A stretch of DNA of 64,000 nt from Deltaproteobacteria bacterium CG_4_9_14_3_um_filter_63_12 (GTDB lineage: Bacteria > Myxococcota_A > Bradymonadia > UBA4248 > UM-FILTER-63-12). The translations under genes were made by a program, and so were the position numbers. A model generated the notes under the pieces. It made no database searches. It was not told where the DNA came from and worked only from the letters and a program-made list of their open reading frames with translations. This document shows positions 16,911 to 25,706 of the stretch, one piece after another. Where the stretch lies: the NCBI GenBank assembly GCA_002789955.1, contig PFUG01000212.1:357-64356 (forward strand). The letters are read 5' to 3'. Each line of letters opens with the position of its first letter. Position 1 is the first letter of the stretch.

Positions 16911-18467
16911 ATGAGTTCGAACGCGTCCTCGAGTATGAGCGCAGTGTTGGGAGCCTTGCCGGCAGGGACTTTGGTGCTGGACCGCTACGAGATCCTTTCG
17001 CGCGTCGGCGCCGGTGGTTTCGGCGTGGTCTACAAGGCGCGTCAGCTCAACACGGGCCAACTGGTCGCCATCAAGATGCTCAAGCAGGACCTGCGCGAGG
17101 GCTCCGAAGACCTCGAGACCCAGGTCAAGCGCTTCACTCGGGAGATGGAGCTGATCGCCGTCCTCAATCACCCCCACATCGTCGCCCTCAAGGACTCCGG
17201 AAAGGTCGACGACGACTGGGTCATGATCCTCGAATACGTCGAGGGCACCGAGCTGGCCGAGCGTATCACCCAGGGTGCGATGGAGCCTGGGCTGGTCAAG
17301 CGCGTGATCTGCCAGGCCCTCGAGGCGCTCATCGCGGCCCACCGACGGGGCGTCATTCACCGCGACCTGAAGCCCTCCAACATCATGCTCACGGGCTCCG
17401 CCGACCGGCCGCTGGTCAAGGTGCTGGACTTCGGCATCGCCACCTTCGCCCACGGCGAAGGCGGCGAGGGCGGTGCGCTGACGCAGACCCACGTGGTGCT
17501 TGGGACCCCGGCCTATATGGCGCCAGAGCAGATCCAAAAAGACGAGGCCAGCCCAAGCATCGACGTCTACTCCATGGGACTCATTTTGCTCGAGTGCCTC
17601 TCAGGCCGTCGGGCGGTGACCGGCAAGACCTCCATGGATGTAGCCATGAAGCAGCTCAACGAGCCGGTGCCCATCTCCACTGAGCTGCGCAAGAGCGCCT
17701 TTGGGCCGGTGATCCTCAAGGCCTGCGCCAAATATCCGGAAGACCGCTACACGAGCGCCGAGCAGATGCTCGAGGCCATCGAGGCGCTGGACCTCGAGGC
17801 GCTCGCCCCTCCGGAGAGAAGCAAGGTCGTTTTGTACGCCACGCTCGGCCTGGCCATCGTCCTCCTCATGACGGCCGGCGTGCTGCTCGGACTCAAGTTC
17901 CTGGGCAAGAAGCCGGCGGCCGCTGGCGGTGCCGAGACGCTCACCGAAGAACCAGGCGCCACCGAAGAGTTCTTGGCGCTTCAGCAGCGCGCTCGGCGTG
18001 GCGCAACCGATTCGTTGGCCAAGGGCGCCTTCCTGCCGGCGCTGAAGCTCGCCGAGCCAGTGGCCAACCCACCGGACACCATCTACGCGGCCATGGCCGA
18101 CCTCGAGCGCGACGGGCGCGAGATGCTCAAGGAGTTCTGCGACTGCTACACCGACAACGTCTTCGGCGGCAGTCGCGAGGACTGTGAATCGCAGTATAAG
18201 CTGCTCAAGGAAATCGACTGCGCGAAGGTCGCCTACGAGGTGCACCCCAAGGGCGCCATCGAGCATCTGCGCTGTACCCAAGGCGCCATCGTGAGCTTCA
18301 AAGACTGCGTGGCCGGCTGCCCAGCGCTCGACAGCGCCAAGGGCGGACAATGCCTGGCCAAAGCCGGCGACGACGCCAACACTTGCCGCAGCGAGTCTCC
18401 CCTCGGGCTCTTGGTCCAGATTGACTCCTGCATGGAGATCGCACTCAAGTCGCCGCACGGCCGCTGA
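16911..18467 (+). CDS. Hanks-type Ser/Thr protein kinase, single TM, Cys-rich extracytoplasmic domain
   Basis: GAGGFGVVYKA, AIK, HRDLKPSNIML, DFGIA and GTPAYMAPE. TM helix VLYATLGLAIVLLMTAGVLLGL. C-terminal CDCY..C..C..C. GAGGGG RBS. Confidence 0.9.
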   Translation: MSSNASSSMSAVLGALPAGTLVLDRYEILSRVGAGGFGVVYKARQLNTGQLVAIKMLKQDLREGSEDLETQVKRFTREMELIAVLNHPHIVALKDSGKVDDDWVMILEYVEGTELAERITQGAMEPGLVKRVICQALEALIAAHRRGVIHRDLKPSNIMLTGSADRPLVKVLDFGIATFAHGEGGEGGALTQTHVVLGTPAYMAPEQIQKDEASPSIDVYSMGLILLECLSGRRAVTGKTSMDVAMKQLNEPVPISTELRKSAFGPVILKACAKYPEDRYTSAEQMLEAIEALDLEALAPPERSKVVLYATLGLAIVLLMTAGVLLGLKFLGKKPAAAGGAETLTEEPGATEEFLALQQRARRGATDSLAKGAFLPALKLAEPVANPPDTIYAAMADLERDGREMLKEFCDCYTDNVFGGSREDCESQYKLLKEIDCAKVAYEVHPKGAIEHLRCTQGAIVSFKDCVAGCPALDSAKGGQCLAKAGDDANTCRSESPLGLLVQIDSCMEIALKSPHGR

Positions 18468-18875
18468 GCGAGCACACTTGCCGAACTGGTTACGGCGCCG
18501 TTTCAGGCGCACGCGAGGTTCCGATGGACGCGAACACGCGCCTGCAACGATGGCAGGCTGGAAGCGGCGCTCGCCGCGGCGGCGAGCCTGGGCACGACCG
18601 GTGGTGACGGCGACACCCCTTGTCTCTCGGTCGCGGCCCACTTGGGGCAGCTCGACCTCGTTCGCCGAGGGCGCGTCGGCAAATCGTCACGACGGCGACC
18701 GCCTCAGGCCCTTGAGATTCGAACCTGATTGCTGATGCAGACTGTGCTGGTCCGCGCTGCGCCTCTTCACAAGGTCGAAGTGCAGATGAGGTTTTTGTGC
18801 AGGGTACATTGACGGTGGCTCTACTTTGCCCTAACCCTCGAAGGCACGGGAGCACATGCATTCGAGTGAGAGGCC

Positions 18876-20654
18876 ATGACGGCAGAACTGAACACACAAA
18901 GCTTGGTCGAGGGATCGGTCGTCGACGGACGGTTCCGAATCAAGAAAATGCTTGGCGAAGGCGGCTTTGGCGTCGTTTTCAAGGCTGAGCAGCTCTCGAC
19001 TGGGCAGAACGTCGCGATCAAAGTGCTTCACACTCAGCGAATGGGAAATCCGAGCGCGGCACGGATGATCGAGGAGCGCTTCGTCCGCGAGATGCAGGTG
19101 ATCGCACGACTCAAGCACCCCAACATCGTGCGGCTCATCGACACAGGGAAGTTGGTGGGCGGAGAGCTCTACGCCGCCATCGAGTTCGTCGAGGGAGAAC
19201 CCCTCTCGGACCTGCTGAAGCGAGAAGGGCAGATGCAGGCTCAGGATGCGATCCGCGTCATGGGCCAGGTCCTCGACGCGCTGTCCTGCGCCCACGACTC
19301 GGGCATCGTCCACCGAGATCTGAAGCCCGACAACATCATGATCACCACCACCGGCGCGCGCCGCAACGCGCTGGTGCTGGACTTCGGCATCGCGGGCCTC
19401 GCCACGAGCGACCAAGACGACCCCTCCAAGAAGCTGACGGCGACGGGGCAATTCATCGGGACGCCCTACTACATGGCGCCCGAACAGCTGACTGGACACA
19501 GCACCACGCCGCAGAGCGACATCTACGCTTGGGGCTTGGTCTTTCTCGAGGTCTTGACCGGGAGAACCGTCGTAAACGGGAACTCTATCGCTGCCATCAT
19601 CATGGAGCAGTGCTCGCCAAAGCCGATTCCCATCGTTCCTTCGATCGCCAAATCGCCGCTGGGGCGCATCTTGGCACGGGCCACCGACAAGTCGCTGGAG
19701 CGTCGCTATCCACATGCTGGCGACGCGTTGAACGATCTCGACGGGGCGATGACCCAGTCTTACGTCTACAACATCCCGATCCTCGCGAATGACGCCCTGG
19801 CATCAGGCGAGACCCAGGACCTCATCGATGGCGAGGTTGCCTTCACACAGAACACGGGTGAGAGCGCCGCGAACTGGCGAGCGGCTGCGCCTGGGGACAA
19901 ATCCACCGCGCCGCATGTCGTCGGGGGTACCGACCAGTTCGAACGCCAGGTCAAGAACAGCAGGCTGGGCTTAATCGTTGGCCTTTTGGTTCTGTTGATC
20001 GCCGGGGCGGTCGTTGTGTTGCTCGCCCAGATGGGAGATGAGACGGCGCCGACCGACGCGAAGAGCGACAGCGCCCCTACCGAGAATGCCGTCGCTGCAG
20101 GCGCTCCTGTGGTTGCGCCAGAGGCCATTGAACCCAAAGAGACCTCGTTGCCGGCCGACTCGACCGTTGGCGAGGAGGTCACGGAGCCCACAGGGCAAGA
20201 GACGCACCCGCAAAACATCGACGAGCCCCTGCTCGTTGGGCTGCGGATGCAGAACGCTGGCGACGCCGTGGCCGCGAAGCAGGCCTTCCAAGAGGTCCTC
20301 GCCATCGACGCCGAACACACGGAAGCCCGAGAGGGCCTGGGCTGGGCGCTGCTCGAGCTCGGAGCGTTCGACGCCGCCTTTGAGCTCTACCGCGAACTGC
20401 AAAGGGAGCCCGAACTCGAAGCTCGTGCCATGTTGGGAGCCGCGCGCGCCAAGCGGGGTGCAGAGGCCTTCCCCGAAGCGAGACTGCTGTACAAAGAGTA
20501 TTTGCGGCGCTTCCCCGACGATTCGAACGTGGTGCAGGCCCGTGCAGAGCTGAAGAGCATGCGGCCCGAACGCACGCCCCATGGTCAGGGAGGCTCCCCC
20601 AAGACGGAGCCCAAGATCAAGCCCAAGGGGCTCGAGGTCGATCCGGACCTGTGA
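18876..20654 (+). CDS. Hanks-type Ser/Thr protein kinase, single TM, TPR-containing extracytoplasmic domain
   Basis: GEGGFGVVFKA, AIK, HRDLKPDNIMI, DFGIA and GTPYYMAPE. TM helix LGLIVGLLVLLIAGAVVVLLA. C-terminal TPR-like helices. Confidence 0.9.
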   Translation: MTAELNTQSLVEGSVVDGRFRIKKMLGEGGFGVVFKAEQLSTGQNVAIKVLHTQRMGNPSAARMIEERFVREMQVIARLKHPNIVRLIDTGKLVGGELYAAIEFVEGEPLSDLLKREGQMQAQDAIRVMGQVLDALSCAHDSGIVHRDLKPDNIMITTTGARRNALVLDFGIAGLATSDQDDPSKKLTATGQFIGTPYYMAPEQLTGHSTTPQSDIYAWGLVFLEVLTGRTVVNGNSIAAIIMEQCSPKPIPIVPSIAKSPLGRILARATDKSLERRYPHAGDALNDLDGAMTQSYVYNIPILANDALASGETQDLIDGEVAFTQNTGESAANWRAAAPGDKSTAPHVVGGTDQFERQVKNSRLGLIVGLLVLLIAGAVVVLLAQMGDETAPTDAKSDSAPTENAVAAGAPVVAPEAIEPKETSLPADSTVGEEVTEPTGQETHPQNIDEPLLVGLRMQNAGDAVAAKQAFQEVLAIDAEHTEAREGLGWALLELGAFDAAFELYRELQREPELEARAMLGAARAKRGAEAFPEARLLYKEYLRRFPDDSNVVQARAELKSMRPERTPHGQGGSPKTEPKIKPKGLEVDPDL

Positions 20655-20684
20655 GGCTGCGCGCGGACCCCACTGTCGTCGCTT

Positions 20685-20742
20685 GAAAGGCCGAGAAAGG
20701 CCGAGAAAGGCCGGAAAGCCGGAAAGCCGGAAAGCCGGAAAG
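20685..20742. repeat. Simple sequence repeat (GAAAGGCCGA)2(GAAAGCCG)4
   Basis: Read directly from the sequence, just downstream of the kinase stop. Confidence 0.85.
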
Positions 20743-20809
20743 ACTCGAGAGGGCAACCTGCCTAGTCTGGCGGTTTCCGAATTGCGAACCCCCAAGTGAG
20801 AGCGCCACC

Positions 20810-21103
20810 ATGCGTCGTTTGCTGTTGTTGATGTCGAGTCTGTCCCTTCTGCTCGCCTGCACCGAGGTTGGACTCAACGACCGGTATTACGCGTGCCAGA
20901 GCGACGCCGACTGTGTGGGAGGCAGGCGCTGCCTATATCCGTCGAGCGGCGCGGCTACCGAAAACTTGGCCGATTCGCTGCGTGAGACCTCGCGTAAAGA
21001 GTCTGCAGGGCGCTTCTACGTGCCACCTGCTCCGAGGGCCACCAAGACCTTGACTCTTCAGCCCTTGCCTGCGGCCTGGAGCCCCTTGAGGTCGATGCGC
21101 TGA
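20810..21103 (+). CDS. Small Cys-rich lipoprotein (putative)
   Basis: MRRLLLLMSSLSLLLAC has a perfect lipobox LLAC, followed by CQSDADCVGGRRC. Codon bias weakens in the 3' half, so the true length is uncertain. Confidence 0.45.
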   Translation: MRRLLLLMSSLSLLLACTEVGLNDRYYACQSDADCVGGRRCLYPSSGAATENLADSLRETSRKESAGRFYVPPAPRATKTLTLQPLPAAWSPLRSMR

Positions 21104-21333
21104 GCCCTCAAACCCATCGAAACGACTCATCTTAAGCTGGACCTCACCCAACGACGAACCCCAGCAAACGCTCACCAATCAGGGGGTTGACGGGCGAGCG
21201 CGACGGTTCGATAAGGGTGCGGCACCGGGGTGCCCCGCCGCCGCTTGGGCTGCAGGAAACCTCGTCGCTGAAATCCGTCCAATAGAGAGTATGCTTGGCC
21301 GACCAGTACGCTCGGCAACGACAAGGAGCAGCA

Positions 21334-22845
21334 ATGAGCGAGTCCACCCCCCGACTCGAGCCGACCACTCACGTCACCGCGTCCTTTGTGCATGAGGAGC
21401 GCTTGCTCTTCGAGCAGTCGAAGCCTGGCTGCCGTGGAATCGAGTTCCCACCACTCGGAGTGCCTGCGGTCGACGCCAGGTCTCTCCTCGGGAAGATGTT
21501 CCGAGCGCAGCTCGCCGAGCTTCCCGAGGTGAGCGAGCCCCAGGTGGTGCGCCACTTTGTGCGGCTGAGCCAGTGGAACTACTCGATCGAGATCGGCCCC
21601 TACCCGCTGGGGTCGTGCACGATGAAGTACAACCCGAAGGTGAACGAGGTCTTGGCGAATTTGCCGGGATTTGCGCGGCAGCATCCGTTCATGCCGGAGC
21701 AATGGACGCAGGGCTCGCTCAAGTTGATGAAGGAGCTCGAAAAGCAGCTCTGTGCCATCTCGGGGCTGGCGGCTTGTACGCTGCAGCCGGCGGCGGGCGC
21801 GCACGGCGAGTTCACCGGCCTGATGGTCATGCGCAAGTGGCAAGAGTCGCGCGGGCAGGGGCATCGCAACAAGGTGCTCGTGCCGGACTCGGCGCACGGG
21901 ACGAACCCGGCATCGGCAGCGTTGGCAGGGTGTGAGTCGATCGAGCTCAAGAGCAATGCGCAAGGGCTTCTCGACGCCGATGAGGTCCGGCGCGCAATGG
22001 GCGGAGACTGTGTCGGGTTGATGGTGACCAACCCCAACACGCTCGGTCTGTTCGAGGCGCAGATCGCCGAGGTCTGCGCCATCGTTCACGAGCGCGGCGG
22101 CTTGGTCTACATGGACGGCGCCAACATGAACGCCATCCAAGGCAAGGTCCTGCCCGGCGCCATGGGCATCGACGCGATGCACTTCAATCTGCACAAGACC
22201 TACTCTACGCCGCACGGCGGCGGCGGACCGGGCGCAGGTCCCATCTGCGTGCGCGCCGATCTGGCGCCCTTCTTGCCCGTCCCGCACATCGTCGAGCACG
22301 ACGACGGCACCTACTCGCTGGACTACGACCAGCCGCAGAGCGTCGGGAAGATGAAGGGGTTCTTCGGGAACTTCCTTATCCTGGTGCGGGCTTACGCCTA
22401 CCTGCGGGCCATCGGGGCGGAGGGCATTGCGCGCAACGCCGAGCTGGCCGTGCTCAACGCCAACTACATCATGGCCAAGCTGCGCGGCGTCTACTCGCCC
22501 GTCCACGACGTGCCGTGCATGCACGAGGCCGTCTTCTGCGACAAGTCGTTCAAGGACAACGTGAAGACCCTCGATGTGTGCAAGCGCCTGATGGACTATG
22601 GCTACCACCCGCCGACCATGTACTTCCCGCTCAACGTGAGTGGGTCGATCATGATCGAGCCCACCGAGAACGAGCCGAAGGAAGCCCTCGACGAGTTCAT
22701 CGAAGCCATGTTGGCGATCCACGCCGAGGCTAAATCCGAGCCCAAGACCTTGACCTCCAGCCCGCACCGGACGTTCCGCAAGCGCGTGGACGAGACGACC
22801 GCGAACCGCAAGCCGGTGCTGCGTTGGCGTCGAGAAGTTCTTTGA
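21334..22845 (+). CDS. gcvPB: Glycine dehydrogenase (decarboxylating) subunit 2, glycine cleavage P-protein C-terminal subunit
   Basis: YPLGSCTMKYNPK, TLQPAAGAHGE, VPDSAHGTNPASA, NLHKTYSTPHGGGGPG and MIEPTE are all highly conserved GcvPB motifs. AAGGAG RBS. Confidence 0.9.
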   Translation: MSESTPRLEPTTHVTASFVHEERLLFEQSKPGCRGIEFPPLGVPAVDARSLLGKMFRAQLAELPEVSEPQVVRHFVRLSQWNYSIEIGPYPLGSCTMKYNPKVNEVLANLPGFARQHPFMPEQWTQGSLKLMKELEKQLCAISGLAACTLQPAAGAHGEFTGLMVMRKWQESRGQGHRNKVLVPDSAHGTNPASAALAGCESIELKSNAQGLLDADEVRRAMGGDCVGLMVTNPNTLGLFEAQIAEVCAIVHERGGLVYMDGANMNAIQGKVLPGAMGIDAMHFNLHKTYSTPHGGGGPGAGPICVRADLAPFLPVPHIVEHDDGTYSLDYDQPQSVGKMKGFFGNFLILVRAYAYLRAIGAEGIARNAELAVLNANYIMAKLRGVYSPVHDVPCMHEAVFCDKSFKDNVKTLDVCKRLMDYGYHPPTMYFPLNVSGSIMIEPTENEPKEALDEFIEAMLAIHAEAKSEPKTLTSSPHRTFRKRVDETTANRKPVLRWRREVL

Positions 22846-22890
22846 TTCCGCGCTAGGGGTCGTCTCGAGCTTTGGGTTCTGCTATATCAA

Positions 22891-22945
22891 GGTCTTCGGC
22901 GTCTGTGCTGTGCGAGTGGGACGCCGAAGGCCCTGTTGTTTGCTG
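22891..22945 (+). terminator. Putative intrinsic terminator after gcvPB
   Basis: 10-bp stem CTTCGGCGTC/GACGCCGAAG with a 16-nt loop, followed by the T-rich stretch CCCTGTTGTTTGC. Confidence 0.4.
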
Positions 22946-23046
22946 GCCGACCGCCTTACGCTGTTGGCCGCGCCGCGGGTCGTGACCACCCCTTCGACAG
23001 TCCCGTGTGACGCCCATCGCCCAATTAGTGACCGAGGCCGACCGAG

Positions 23047-24699
23047 ATGACCGCAGCTGAGCGACGTCCCCCCCCTTTATTTCCGCAAGAAATCGAGCGA
23101 ATCTACATGATTGGTGTGTGCGGCACCGGAATGGGGTCGCTCGCCGGAATGCTGCGCGTGGCGGGATACGAGGTGATGGGCAGCGATCAGAACACCTATC
23201 CGCCCATGAGCGACCTGCTCGCCTCGCAAGGCATCGAGATTCTCAAGGGTTGGGACGCGCAGAACCTATTGCGATTGGAGACGCCGCCCGACCTCGTCGT
23301 GGTGGGCAACGTCTGTCGGGTCGACAACCCGGAGGTGCTGGCGGCCCTCGAGCTGGGCATCGTCTCGGTGAGCTTTCCCGAGACCCTGCGTGAGCTTTTC
23401 CTGCTCAAGTCCAAGAAGCGCGTGGTGATCAGCGGGACCCACGGCAAGACTACGACCAGCTCGTTGGTCGCGTGGTTCCTCGAGCACGCGGGCTACGACC
23501 CGTCGTTCATGATCGGCGGCGTGGCCGGCAACTTCGGCAGCAACTACAAGCTCGGCCAAGGCGATATTTTTGTGGTCGAAGGGGACGAGTACGACTCGGC
23601 CTACTTCGACAAGGTGCCGAAGTTCTGGCACTACGCGCCCAACACGCTGGCCATCACCAACATCGAGTACGATCACGCCGACATCTACAAGAACGTCGAA
23701 GAGATCATCGAGGTCTTCGAGCGACTGGTCGAGATGTTGCCCCCGACTGGCCGCATCTGGGCCAACCTCAAGGACGCCAACATCCGGCGCGTGGTCAAGA
23801 GCGCGGCCTGCTCCGTCCACGGCTTCGGCGTCGGCACGGGCGTCGAGCTCAAGGCGCAGAACCTGAAGTTCGTCGAGGGCGGTGGCGCGACCTTCGATGT
23901 GCAGCGCTCGGCGACTCGCCTCGGGACCCTCGAGAGCCCGCTGCCTGGCACGCACAACGTCTACAACGTGCTCACCGCGCTCGGCGTGGGCCTGAGCCTG
24001 GGCCTGCGCTTCGAGTCGATGGCCGAGGCGCTCGCGGCCTTCAAGGGCGTCAAGAAGCGCCAAGAACTCATCGACGTGGTCGACGGAATCACCATCTACG
24101 ACGACTTCGCCCACCACCCGACCGCGGTGCGCGAGACCGTCCGAGCCATTCGCGATCGCCACCCCACCTCGCGCCTGTGGGGCATCTTCGAAGCCAAGAG
24201 CAACACCAGCCGCAGAGCCGTCTTCCAAGCCGACTACCCTATCGCGCTCGCCGGCTGCGACCAAGTCATCCTCTCGGCGCCCTGGAAGCAGGACTCCCTG
24301 CCCAGCAGCGACCTCATCGATCTGGACAAGGTCGTCGCGGACTTACAGGCCGGTGGGACCGAAGCTTGGCTCATCCCTTCCGTCGACGACATCGTCGCCG
24401 CGTTGCTCGAGCAGCTCGAGGCGGGAGACGTGGTCCTGGGCTTGAGTGGGTCGGCGTTCGGCGGCTTGCACCGCAAGCTGGCGGCCGCGCTGCACCAACG
24501 CCCGAAAGAGCCCGTCGCCGCTGTGGCGAAGCCCGAGACCCCGGCAAAGCCGCACCGCCGGCCGGCCTCTGAGTTTGCGCCTCGTCCCCGGCGCACGAGC
24601 CGCCGCCGGCGCACGCCTCTGCAGCCCAAACCCAGGGGCCGACGGCCTCAGCGACCCCAGGCGAGCCGTCGTCGAGGACGCAAGCCCGTCGTCCGTTGA
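23047..24699 (+). CDS. mpl: UDP-N-acetylmuramate:L-alanyl-gamma-D-glutamyl-meso-diaminopimelate ligase (murein peptide ligase) with unusual basic Pro/Arg-rich C-terminal tail
   Basis: MIGVCGTGMGSLA, GSDQNTYPPMS, ISGTHGKTTT, VEGDEYDSAYFDK, DHADI and DDFAHHP match Mpl. The true start may be M21 at 23107. Confidence 0.85.
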   Translation: MTAAERRPPPLFPQEIERIYMIGVCGTGMGSLAGMLRVAGYEVMGSDQNTYPPMSDLLASQGIEILKGWDAQNLLRLETPPDLVVVGNVCRVDNPEVLAALELGIVSVSFPETLRELFLLKSKKRVVISGTHGKTTTSSLVAWFLEHAGYDPSFMIGGVAGNFGSNYKLGQGDIFVVEGDEYDSAYFDKVPKFWHYAPNTLAITNIEYDHADIYKNVEEIIEVFERLVEMLPPTGRIWANLKDANIRRVVKSAACSVHGFGVGTGVELKAQNLKFVEGGGATFDVQRSATRLGTLESPLPGTHNVYNVLTALGVGLSLGLRFESMAEALAAFKGVKKRQELIDVVDGITIYDDFAHHPTAVRETVRAIRDRHPTSRLWGIFEAKSNTSRRAVFQADYPIALAGCDQVILSAPWKQDSLPSSDLIDLDKVVADLQAGGTEAWLIPSVDDIVAALLEQLEAGDVVLGLSGSAFGGLHRKLAAALHQRPKEPVAAVAKPETPAKPHRRPASEFAPRPRRTSRRRRTPLQPKPRGRRPQRPQASRRRGRKPVVR

Positions 24700-25505
24700 T
24701 GAGTCCTGCGGAGCTAGAGCAGCCCGAGACTGGGTGGAAAGGGCGGGCCCGGCGAGCGCTGGTCGAGGCGCTGCCGCGCCCGGCGAACACGCCGACGCTC
24801 GACCGCCAGACCCTCGTCGTGTTGCTCTCCTCCGTCGTGCTCCTGGCCCTGCTTTGGTATTATGGCCGGCTGCCCTTCTTCAGAGAGGTCATCGCGCCGA
24901 GGTTTTTGGCCGGCGCCGAGGAGCGAGTCAGCGAGCTGTGGGGCTACTACTTTCTTGCCGGCGTCTCGATCCTCACCCGGATGCTGCTGCCCTTGACGAT
25001 CATCGTGCTGGTCTTCCGCAAACGGCCCAGAGACTTTGGCTACCGCGTGGCAGGGACGAAGGGGTTGCTCTACATCTACCTCGGGCTGCTCGGCATCATG
25101 TTGCCCGTCCTCTTTTACGCCAGCAGCTTGCAGTCGTTTCAGGAGCGCTACCCACTCTACGACTGGGCGCACGAGTCTCTGCTGGTCTTCTTCGTCTACG
25201 AGCTGTCCTACATCCTGGTCTTTCTCTCGGGCGAGTCGTTCTGGCGAGGCTTCATGGTCTTCGGGTTGGCGCCGAAGTTCGGGCTCTACGCGGTGTTCAT
25301 CATGGCGATCCCTTACTCCATGGTGCACTTTGGCAAGCCGTTTCCAGAGGCCTTGGGCGCGATCCTCACCGGCGTGGTGTTGGGGTTCTTAGCGCTGAAG
25401 CACCGCAGCTTCTGGCTGGGAATCGCCCTGCACAGCACGATTGGTTTCACCATGGACGTGCTCTGTCTGTGGCGAAAGGGGCAGCTCTGGGACCTGTGGT
25501 TTTAG
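24696..25505 (+). CDS. CPBP-family (CAAX/Abi-like) intramembrane glutamic protease, multipass membrane protein
   Basis: At least 6 predicted TM helices. Degenerate E-E-x-x-x-R motif (GESFWRGF) and later FxxxH/HxxxN-like motifs (MVHFGK, IALHSTIGF). ATGA overlap with the mpl stop. Confidence 0.75.
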   Translation: MMSPAELEQPETGWKGRARRALVEALPRPANTPTLDRQTLVVLLSSVVLLALLWYYGRLPFFREVIAPRFLAGAEERVSELWGYYFLAGVSILTRMLLPLTIIVLVFRKRPRDFGYRVAGTKGLLYIYLGLLGIMLPVLFYASSLQSFQERYPLYDWAHESLLVFFVYELSYILVFLSGESFWRGFMVFGLAPKFGLYAVFIMAIPYSMVHFGKPFPEALGAILTGVVLGFLALKHRSFWLGIALHSTIGFTMDVLCLWRKGQLWDLWF

Positions 25506-25706
25506 CGCCGATCGCCGAATTAGGGCGGCCGCCGGCCGCCCCTACGCGTCGTGGGTTCAGCGAACGCTCGGATTTCTCGCGTGCCCACGCGCGATCGCAG
25601 TTTGCGCTGGTGATGGGCCGCTGATATACCGATTACGGCTGGCTTTTGAGCCGCCGGTCATCACCAAAGGCTGCAAGATCCCGTACACAGTGTGAGCCCG
25701 AGCAGG

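Noticed and set aside
21104-21333. Possible glycine riboswitch upstream of gcvPB
   Set aside because: The conserved ACCGAAGGGGCAA and CTCTGGAGAG elements were not found by eye. A covariance-model scan would be needed to be sure.
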